Assembly: GCA_965644495.1 (NCBI GenBank)
Contig: CBFFSA010000002.1
Coordinates: 682,001 to 746,000 of the forward strand
Direction of reading: 5' to 3'
DNA from: Perkinsela sp. CCAP 1560/9
Lineage: Eukaryota > Protista > Euglenozoa: Kinetoplastea
Length of the DNA stretch: 64,000 nt
Of the stretch, positions 54,854 to 64,000 are shown piece after piece. Each line of letters begins with the position of its first letter. The stretch's first letter is position 1. The notes under the pieces are model-generated. The model saw nothing but the letters and a program-made list of their open reading frames with translations. It was not told the DNA's origin and made no database searches. A program made the translations under genes and the position numbers.

Positions 54854-56366
54854 GAGCTTTTTAACTAATTCCTTCGCGATACGACATGGACGTCCGTTGT
54901 GCACCTTAGAAAAATGCGTTTTAGTTCATTATTCACATTAATGCAGCTAGAATATACGTGATTTTTATCCATGTTTCTACGTTCACATTTCGTATTTTTC
55001 TAGATTTCCGCATTTTTTTGCTATAAAACTTTATTTCGTACGCCAATTGACCAATGTATCATCCAGAGGATGGTCTAATCCGCCTTCTGAATGGAAAACT
55101 CACGCGTCTTGATGTAGACGGGTATGATGCCCCACAGGTTACACAGAATGAGGCTTCTGACTGTAGGCTGTACGACCCCGAGAATTACAACATCAGTTGC
55201 AACCCGCGTGGAAAAGGAAATCGCCGGTGTGATTGCTGTCGGTGAGCTCTCCGACTACGATAAACCGATTATCACCACTTCAGTCGGAACCCGCGTGGGA
55301 GAGGGCAGTATTGATCCAATTCCTGCTTCAGAGGCAAGTGGGTCGCTTGACTTTCACAAGGCTCCGCAACATAACACGCAAAGAAAATATGCAGATGTGA
55401 AAAAAATTCGACGTTTGTCAAGAAAAGTCAAACGTCTTGAAACGAAGATAGAAAAAAACTGCACTGCATGCCAAAAAAAATTGAAAGTTACGCCCCCTCG
55501 CAAACGAGTACAATGGGGTTGTCATGGAAAAAAAGATTTTTCCTGAGTAGAAGTCTTCCTAGAAACGCCGAATAACCACTTTTTACACAGTTTCAATCAT
55601 TTTTTCGAGGTACATAATGCCGGGCAAAACAGGGTGAACGGGGGTAGATAGAGGCCAGGATCTCATTCCTGCTTTGTCTGTGACAAAAATCTTCAACAAT
55701 TAGCATATAATACTCATCACCCTTTATGAAGCTAAGTTTGTTTTCCAGGCTTCCTTGCTGTCTTTATCGCAGTTACCTTGACGACCCTTGATAAAAACTT
55801 CTTCTAAGTTCACGCGGAATACATTCGAAACTTTGGCTTTTGGAATGGCCGAATTTTGGTTCCAACCCATTCATGTACCTCAGACACTATCGCGCCACAT
55901 AAATCATTCTTATACATGCAACGACCCGTGTCAGAAGAATGGGACATCGCTTTTGATATCAACTTTGGAGGGCCGTAGAGGAAGAAGTGGGAGCAAGGCA
56001 AAAAGCAGCAGGCGAATTGCTAGGGGGGGATAGTACATGTGAGGGGCTGCGGGTCGCGGGTTCGGCGCGGGTTGGAAAAAAAATCCTCTGAAAGCATGCG
56101 AAATTAGTCGGAGCGGCAGACATTGAAGGAGAAAAATAGTTAGATCGAAGGAGAAATCATAATGTGTGACATACATAGTGTACATAATATACGATAATAA
56201 CAAAAATTTATAAGCCATGTATACGATATGACTACGTAGTTTACATTTCGCAATTCATGGAAAACGACTAGATACTTAATTTTATTTAGTTTTTGATCCA
56301 TGCTGTGGTTTCTTGGGAACATATCCCACATCGTATATGTGTTCTTTGAGACAATCCCTCCGTTCA

Positions 56367-56983
56367 TCAATCGAAATGAGCAAAACAACGCTCGATTCTT
56401 GAACGAATCCAAGAATGCATGCGGTTGAACCGATCCTGGTGTTCATCAAGGCAACCTTTGCGTGGTGCCTTGAATGGAACAAAACAGTGGTTGCAACCCA
56501 CGTATCCTAGATCCGCCAAAAATATTTCATCTTCATGATGGTCAAAAAGAAATGTTCCGTGCGTGGTTCTTTCTTTATAAATTTTCGCATCATGTACACT
56601 GCCCGGAACGGGTCCGCGAAAAAAAATAGGGACTCCGGCAAGTGTAATTGTCGCATTGTCGTGACGTCCATCATACATGTCACGTCAGGCATCCAAGATA
56701 CCCCATGCTTGAAACGAAGTTTCGGATTCATTAAAGCAGGAGAGCGGCAAAGATCAGCGATGCGGCTAAAGTCATCGCGGAGAGTCCTGATGGATAGAGG
56801 AGGAGTTTCGGGAGCAATCCACATGGGCTGTAAATCATACAGTTTCTCCCATGTGCAGTTCAAAGCGCACGTAGCTAAGGAAGAGCTAAGGCGTCTGAGA
56901 TCAGTGTCCGTGGCGACAAGAGGACTTGCTCTCTGTAGCTCAAGAAAAAAATCTGTGAATTGCTGTCTGGTAATGCCGTACAT
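56367..56983 (-). pseudogene. PIF/Harbinger (IS5-related, DDE_Tnp_4) transposase, frameshifted
   Basis: CMMDVT; GPVPGSVHDAKI; FLADLGYVG; VPFK; FNRMHSWIRSRIERCF. Confidence 0.85.
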
Positions 56984-58329
56984 GATAGAATGCAGGATAA
57001 ATAGAATTGCAGGATAAAATATCGCCTAGAGAGAAAACAAAAAGTAAGATGACATTCATGGGTAAGATACCTAACTTATTCATGATACATATAAGATGAC
57101 ATTCATGGGTAAGATACCTAACTTATTCATGATACAATATGCATGATATCTAAAAAAAATGATATATAAAGGTTAGCACTTCAAACTTCAAAAAAAACGA
57201 GCTTATCACTTCTCTTGAATTACAACTCTTTTTCTCTTACGTACGCTTTGTGGGGGAAACGTTCGCTTCTGCGAGGGAAAACTAAAGGGAAGGAAAGCGC
57301 ATCACGCGAGAGGAACGTGGCCTCAAAGAGGCTTCCCCAAGCGAAGGTTGAGGGAGCGAGGAAGGTTGAGTGCGCAAGTTGGGTGAAGAGATCACCGTAG
57401 AAGAAAGGGATTCCTCTGCTACGTTTTCTTTACCCTAGCCACTCTTCCGTTTGCGCCACAGAGTACATGATCTGGAACGCTTTTCTGAAACAGAACGCCA
57501 CACGTTCTCCACGAACTCCCCCACAGCTCCTTCATGAGGAGGGGCGTAGAGAGGGTTCTGTTCCAAGAAAGCTTCCAGATCACGCGTCGCCTCTGCAAGG
57601 AAGTAGACCCCTCGTGGCAGACAATCCAAGAGAAGGTGTCCTCGGCGCTCCACAAGGTGGAAGATGACACGCTGCAGCACTTGGGAGCTAACCTCCACGC
57701 CACACACAGAGCGTGTGGCATGTAAGTAGCTGTCCATCGTGCGCGATAAAGGAGTTTTGCGAAAGGAGTTTTGCGCTTCGTGAAGGTGCGCATAAGCGAT
57801 GCGACAATGACGTCGTATACGTCATCATCCCTCGCAGATGTTACCTTCATACGTGAAGTGAAATCTTCGTTGCTCTCAACAGGGCTCATCATATAAAAAG
57901 GAGGATAATGTAAAAGAATTATGCATGTATTGTGGAGGGTATATTAATTGTACATTTGATTTGTGTAATGCATACACCGTTCGTATACAGCACCGTATAC
58001 AGCGTACACCGTATTTTCACAGTAAGGCGGCTATGTACGGTAACAAACTAAAAAAACTACACTTTAAGCTACTTTGTACGTGTACAATCCATTTTTTGGG
58101 CTAAAATAGACCTCGTTCGACCTCAAAAGGTTCGACGAAAAGGTGCCGGTTCGGTGATGCACACCCGCAGCGCCTCATGTATATAAAAAGCAGCACGGAA
58201 GGGTACCCTGCGTATATAATTCATGATAGAAACACGCGCCGCGAATCGGCGCGAAAAAGTTTTTCACCCCTTTTTTTGACCTGGCTACTTATGCGCAATT
58301 TTAGGCCAAAACCTGGTTGCGTTTAAGTG

Positions 58330-58810
58330 GGGGGGGCAGTAGTTATACAACCACCGCAATGATTTTTTAGGTTCTTCGTCAAACGCGGTGGTTGTTTTCA
58401 ACGTAGAATTCATTCATGCTGCGCGCTTCGCGTTGAAAACTACCTCAGCGCTTAACGAACGCACTAAAAAAGAAAAATTACCAAACCACCATGAATGAAC
58501 AACTTTTTTAGGGGAAAATTGCGAAATTTTACCCCAAATTCGGGTCGTTTTTTATACCAGTAGGGGTAGGAGGCGAATCTGTCGAAACAAACGTCGTAGA
58601 ATGGTAACTGAGGTCCCAAACTCCCAAAATACGTAATAGTAATCGATTGTGGAAAAATAGTAGTTTTACGTTTTTTTGGTCAAAAATAATTTATTTTTGG
58701 GTCATCCCAAAAGTTTTCCTTTCGGGATGTTCTTTTTTATATTTTCATTGTTTTTGATTACTTTTTTTTCAATAATCGAGGGTAGAGCGGTAGTTACACA
58801 GCCACCGCAA
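58330..58810. repeat. Partial copy of the dominant dispersed repeat
   Basis: aaacgcggtggttgttttcaac...catgctgcgcgcttcgcgttgaaaac and taatcgagggtagagcggtagtt. Confidence 0.85.
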
Positions 58811-58986
58811 TGATAATAATAATCTCAAGAAAAATCATTCGTGATTTGTTACTAACCGTAAATTTCATTGAGATTTGTTCTCCAACGAAGTCAGGATTCA
58901 TGAAGCCTCGCCTTCACCTTCTACGTCCCTGCCACCCCGCCCATTCTACACTTCGCACAGTAATTTACTGTACTTGCACTGAGATA

Positions 58987-59978
58987 CAGTGGTTTCAAGA
59001 TATCTTCCCCCCGCGTAATTTTGAGTTTTTTTCTCATTTTCGCAGCATTGGAGAGATCTCGTTTCCCTGGTGGCGCTTTGCTGCTTTTTTTTGTAGATAC
59101 CCCCTGGGTCCAAAATACAGGGGTGAACAGAAATCTTGCCCCCCCCCCCTCGGAATTTTGATTTTTTTATCCGTTTTTGCTCATCTTTGCAGCATTGGAG
59201 AGATCTCGCTTTCCAGCGAAGCGCTTTGCCGCCTTTTTTTCATAGCGACCCCTTGGGACCCCTTGGGTCCAAAAAACATGGTTTTTTGATAGTATTTTTC
59301 AGGAGCACATCCCTTTTTTTGTATTTTTTTATGTTTTATGAGATCATTTCCTTCGCATTTTGGCTCGTTTTAATCGCGTTTCATGGGTCTCGTTCTCATA
59401 GCGAATAGTCTTGCTGTATTTCCTTCTTAATGACTCCTTAGAGATCTCATGGGATAAAAAACATTATTTTTAGCAAATTTTCACCCTCACGTACATTTTT
59501 TTCATTTTGTGGAACTATGAAAACAAGACAAATTAGCTCAGTCCTCAAACGACTCAGAATAGTATTAAAAAGCGACAACGGACATTCTGAGTACTATTCT
59601 ACAAAGCTTAAATCACGTATTAGTACGTACTGATCGTCATTTTCTGGATTTTCTCACGTAAGTTTCAAAATATGAGTTTTCTAAAATCTTGTTTTTACCC
59701 GAACGGATAAAAAAAATCAAATTTCCGCGGGGGGGGGGGGCAAGATTTCTGTACACCCTTGTACATGGTTTTGTACTACCTTCCAAGGTTCGTATTTATC
59801 AAAAATATTGTTTTGACTATTTTTCAGGTCACTATACGAGCACTAGGGGGTCTCTGTGGAAAAAAGGTGCCAAAGCGCTTCACTAGGGGAACGAGATCTC
59901 TCATTCGCAACAAAAATGAGGAAAAACGGACAAAAAAACTAAAACTTCCGCGGGGGGGAAGTTCAATTGAAACCACTG
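58987..59978. mobile_element. Tc1-like non-autonomous element with a related element nested at 59118-59761
   Basis: Outer TA-CAGTGGTTTCAA...TTGAAACCACTG-TA; inner TA-CAGGGGTG.ACAGAAATCTTGCCCC...GCAAGATTTCTGTACACCCTTG-TA; both share gcagcattggagagatctcg. Confidence 0.85.
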
Positions 59979-60256
59979 TAAGTAGGTACACCGCACAGAG
60001 ACCGCACCGAATCCCCACCCGCAGCCCCTCAATTACTTATGAAAGACTACTACAACCCCGTTCCAGTGGTTTTGGGACTATCCCCACATTCATGTATATG
60101 AGAGAAAGGGCAAAAGAACGGTGTATTCGTGCAGATCTAGTTGAGGGTACCACCGGAAAAATACTTGTAGACAAAACAAATATATAATATTACCTTAAAA
60201 AGTACCCTGAAAAGTCAAAATTCCCTTTAAAAAATGAACTTTTCTGAGTATAATTT

Positions 60257-60907
60257 TTAGCAATGGTCTAAAAATATCATAAGATTTTTTTTCTCCAAAG
60301 ATTTTAATTGATCATCTCTTGGATCTGGAATTAACTGATTGGTTGGTTGTTTGGAATCTGGTTCTTCCATTTCAGGGGGTAAACTATTAGAGAAGGTGTT
60401 GTCAACAGCTGGGTGGGATATATCGGAGTGAACGTCCTTAATATCACGTATCGCTTCCAACAGCTTGGCATCAAATCCTGGAGACAACGATCCACTTCTT
60501 TGAAAACGGTCTGGTGAAAAAGATGGAATGCGAGAGCGGGTCGAAGAGCAAACACGGCGTGCAGGAGAAAGTAAGAGAGGGGAAAGTGGGAGAGGGGAGG
60601 AAACGTTACTTTCGCTAGCAGAAGAATACGAAGATTCCGAAGAAGAATACGAAGATTCCGAAGAAGAAGAATACGAAGATTCCGAGCCACTGGAAGTTGA
60701 GTAGCTGGATAAACTAGACAATACACGTACGTCGTCGTGCGGCGAATCATATCCTAGAGAAGCACACGAACCATTCGACGAAAAAGAAGACGATTCTTGT
60801 GATTCAGAGAAATCTGATTCCATTTCATCTGATGGGTTCCAATCAGAATCATTTTCATCCGAAAGAGTGACCCCGCTCGACAGCTCTTCGCTATCGCTAG
60901 AATTCAT
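60257..60907 (-). other. Ser/Asp/Glu-rich ORF (216 aa), opposite to the host gene strand; possibly a TE N-terminal fragment
   Basis: Low-complexity open frame with a short internal repeat; no catalytic motif seen. Confidence 0.35.
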
Positions 60908-61248
60908 ATGTCGTTAAAGGAAAAAGATCGGGAGTAATGTTAAAAACTGGTTAAATTTTCTCAATAATTCTTACGAAAACTCCAAAAGTCACATTAAATG
61001 CACAAAAAAGAGGATAAAATACAAATAATTAAAATATTAGTCTTTTGCGCCTTTCGACACAATTTTTGCGGTCTTCTCTGTAGTAATGTGAGGAAGCCTG
61101 AAAAAAATTATCAAAAAACAAGACGCGTAGCTCTCTAAAGGTTAGTCCCATTTTTGATGAACGGGGTTGTATTACCGCTCGTCCTACGTGTTTGCAGTTG
61201 CAGTAGTGAGGTCTGCAAGTTATTTTAGAATTAAGATAATTTCTTTTT

Positions 61249-61974
61249 ATGTACTTCGGGATTTTGATGCTCTTTTACGCTGCTGATACGGTAAGAGCAG
61301 CTCGAGTGCGCGGTCATTGTCTCTCTCACAGAGATGACATGTTGTTATTTGTCGCTGACCTTGTAAAGAAACATGACACGTGGACAATGGATACGGAATT
61401 GGGTTTTTGGTATGGATTAAAAGTAGTGAACGAAACCGTGAATTGCATTAACTGGCCTTCAAGTTCTTGGAGCGGATCACTTCGCTGGGGAGTACTTCCA
61501 CCAACTACGCAAGAGGTCAACCTTTGGTGTAACACATTTTGCGGCATTGTTTCTTGGGATGATCTGCCCTTAGAGCTACGAGTCTTGAATTTAGGGGACA
61601 ATAAATTTAGTGGAAAAGTTGATTTGACTTGTCTCCCCAATAAACTCGAAATTCTCGATCTTCAGATAAACTTTTTTTCCGGTTCGTTGGACTTTACCAC
61701 TCTGCCGACAACACTGCGCGAGCTTCGTTTGGAGCAGAATCGGTTTTCTGGGTTGTTGGACTTCTGTAGCATGCCTAACTCTTTAACAGCAATAGATTTA
61801 TCTTATAACGCCGTGCACGGATGTGTGGAACTTTCCTTGTTACCTCCCAATGTGGAGTGGATAAACTTTTCGGAATCATATGTGGAAATTTTGAAGGCCA
61901 CAGGATTTCGTCGCACTTTTGGAAAATATTATTCGAGAAAGGTTCCTACTAGACTAGTGGGGGACTTCGTTTAA
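61249..61974 (+). CDS. Small LRR protein with signal-like leader (family member 4)
   Basis: MYFGILMLFYAAD leader; LxLxxNxFSGxLDxxxLP repeats. Confidence 0.87.
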   Translation: MYFGILMLFYAADTVRAARVRGHCLSHRDDMLLFVADLVKKHDTWTMDTELGFWYGLKVVNETVNCINWPSSSWSGSLRWGVLPPTTQEVNLWCNTFCGIVSWDDLPLELRVLNLGDNKFSGKVDLTCLPNKLEILDLQINFFSGSLDFTTLPTTLRELRLEQNRFSGLLDFCSMPNSLTAIDLSYNAVHGCVELSLLPPNVEWINFSESYVEILKATGFRRTFGKYYSRKVPTRLVGDFV

Positions 61975-62465
61975 CTACCACCTATCCGTACATATCTGTT
62001 CTTCTAATCTAGAAGAACAGATAAGTCCTCAATTTTGAAAATTATCCCCCTTACTATAGTGCCGCGGAGTACCCCCCACTTACATACACTGCACTGTACA
62101 TGTACTGCGACCCCCCTTTAGTAGAGACCTCTCCTCAGAGCCCCCCCTTTAGTAGAGACAAAAAATTGGGCGAAGAACTTTTCTTCTTATTTCCCATAAA
62201 TAATTGTTTGTGAATAGTAAATGGATGTGGATAATACTTGGACTCCCCCTTTGGGCTATTTGCTCCTAGGCATCCTCTTATTTGCTCCTAGGCACAATGG
62301 GGAACGAAGGATGAAGGTAGGAGAATGAATTAGGGCAGGAAGCCATATTATCCGTCCTTGCCGCCCTCTTCGATTGATATTGAGTTTTTGGCTATTATGC
62401 GGTAAAAATGTGCCCTAATCTGATCCTACTTTTTGCGAAAATAAAAACTTTTCTCTTCTTTTTAC

Positions 62466-64000
62466 ATGACAAAAAGCTTTTCTATTATGTTCACGAGCTG
62501 TCGTTTCATAATTTTAATTCTAGCCGCGACTCTTCAAGTGGGATGCAGTGCATCCAATGAGGACCGTCAAAAAAATACGGAGCTCATCTCAGCCCACTCT
62601 CTGGAACCACCGTTTTTGGAGTCTTACTGGGACGGAGGGTTACACCACTGGGACTTTGGTGCCTCCACGGTTATCACAAACGAGGCTATCAGTCTAAGCG
62701 GGGGATGGATTCGTAACGCACGACGGAAGGAAATGGCTGACTGGCGTTTTATCGTGCGTGTCACCCACAAAGGTAACCCCACAACCCCTCTTGTTCTGAC
62801 CTACAGCACAATGAATGGGAATTACCCGTTCCTATGGCTAGAGGTATATCCACACGTGATTAAGGCGGGGGGGTTGAACGTCACGGCGGCCGAGGGAACG
62901 TATCAGGGGCGGTCCCTTCCATCTGGAGAGATGGAGATTTCCGTGTCCTACGATTCACGCAAGAAAGGGACGCTTACGGTAACCACCGGGGAGGAGGAGA
63001 TCAAATGCCTGGAAACCCAGGCGCAGCTTGCCACAGGGTATCACTTTGGAGCCCAGGGCTCTCCGGATGCAGGTAAAGACAACCGGTGGTACCTCACAGG
63101 GTTCTACCTAACCACCTTACCTGGGCATTATTCTTATGAGCAGCTCAACCGTCACAGCATCGACGACATTCATGACTTTATCCGAGGACATGACGAACGG
63201 GAACGTAAACGCCATGCCCATCCTGAAGCAGAGAAATACAGCCAGGAGGATTTTGAGCGTCGGCAAAAACAATACGCGGAGGACGAAAAAAAGCGAGAAG
63301 AGGAACTCGCGCGGCGCAAGGAAGAGAGGATGAAGAAGGGAAAGGATCTCTACGACGACATGTATGACGGGGACGAATATGCAGATTATGACGACGGAGA
63401 TGAGGAAGGCAGTCAGGAGGAGGATCGCCGTTCACGGTACCGTCGTGACTTCGACGACGAGCGTCATGTCCGGCGACGGGACTATCGAGAGGAGTATGAC
63501 TATGGAGCACGTGTGGACCCCAAACGGAGCAAGGACCGCGAAGGACGACGGGAACGAAGACGACGGCACTCCGTGACTAATCCCACCGAGGCCCCAGAAT
63601 CCGCTCCTGCACGTCGAGTCAAAGAAGAGACCACACCCACTCCTGCAACCGGGGAGATCCCTCCCGTACCCCCCGCCCCTGCCCCGACGGCTCCAACTCC
63701 TCAGCCACCGACCGCCCCTCCCCCTCCCCCTGCCAACACCCCGGTTACACCCGTCCCCAGTACAGGAGTGCCCCCCAACACGGCCATGCCACAGGGCTAC
63801 GCACCCCCGATGGGCACTCCACCAATGTACAGTACGACTCCTCCACCTCCTCCACCCTCCCACCCCTACGGCTCCGTCCCTACGCAAGGGGGAGTACCTC
63901 CCCCGGGCGCGCCCCCACCCCCACCCCCACCGCAACAGCCCCAGCAGCCACCCCAGCAACCCTATGGATATCCCGGCCAAGGTTATCCCGTGAACCCCGC
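62466..64000 (+). CDS. L-type (ERGIC-53/VIP36-like) lectin-domain protein with acidic and Pro-rich regions; runs off the window end
   Basis: Not in the ORF track because there is no stop in the window. Hand translation: signal FIILILAATLQVGCSA, HSLEPPFL...WDFGASTVITNEAISL..GWIRN, then D/E/R-rich and Pro/Gln-rich stretches. Confidence 0.75.
   Translation, partial: MTKSFSIMFTSCRFIILILAATLQVGCSASNEDRQKNTELISAHSLEPPFLESYWDGGLHHWDFGASTVITNEAISLSGGWIRNARRKEMADWRFIVRVTHKGNPTTPLVLTYSTMNGNYPFLWLEVYPHVIKAGGLNVTAAEGTYQGRSLPSGEMEISVSYDSRKKGTLTVTTGEEEIKCLETQAQLATGYHFGAQGSPDAGKDNRWYLTGFYLTTLPGHYSYEQLNRHSIDDIHDFIRGHDERERKRHAHPEAEKYSQEDFERRQKQYAEDEKKREEELARRKEERMKKGKDLYDDMYDGDEYADYDDGDEEGSQEEDRRSRYRRDFDDERHVRRRDYREEYDYGARVDPKRSKDREGRRERRRRHSVTNPTEAPESAPARRVKEETTPTPATGEIPPVPPAPAPTAPTPQPPTAPPPPPANTPVTPVPSTGVPPNTAMPQGYAPPMGTPPMYSTTPPPPPPSHPYGSVPTQGGVPPPGAPPPPPPPQQPQQPPQQPYGYPGQGYPVNP

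Noticed and set aside
1-64000. tRNA, rRNA, SL RNA or Fanzor/TnpB genes
   Set aside because: None recognised by eye; a tRNAscan/Infernal/HMM search is needed to exclude divergent ones.

Overview
Eukaryotic, intron-less DNA, most likely from a kinetoplastid (Euglenozoa). The RPS4, centrin-4, MTR4 and NMT sequences look kinetoplastid, and every recognisable host gene lies on the + strand like one polycistronic cluster. The small LRR gene family and the Merlin element point to a Perkinsela-like prokinetoplastid (inference). Host genes: TatD, RPS4, MTR4, GTPBP1-like GTPase, divergent Nep1/EMG1, CNNM, centrin, DCAF4-like WD40, TIP41, a J-protein, spinster-type MFS, NMT, PARN, an L-type lectin, four small LRR proteins and a decayed HOP1. 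The intergenic space (1-16 kb, 43-49.6 kb, 52-61 kb) is a dense nested mosaic of mobile DNA: a CRE/SLACS-type retrotransposon, a Helitron-like Pif1+C48 remnant, hAT, several Tc1/pogo elements and MITEs, Merlin and Harbinger. Four things stand out. (1) An intact bacterial-type IS30 (DD33E) element with IRs and a short target duplication is integrated in this eukaryotic context. (2) Two strongly base-paired non-coding segments are carried inside TIR elements. (3) Intragenic GC-rich islands repeatedly flip from C-rich to G-rich. (4) The LRR family shares a motif right after its leader. All calls come from motif recognition by eye; no database searches were run.
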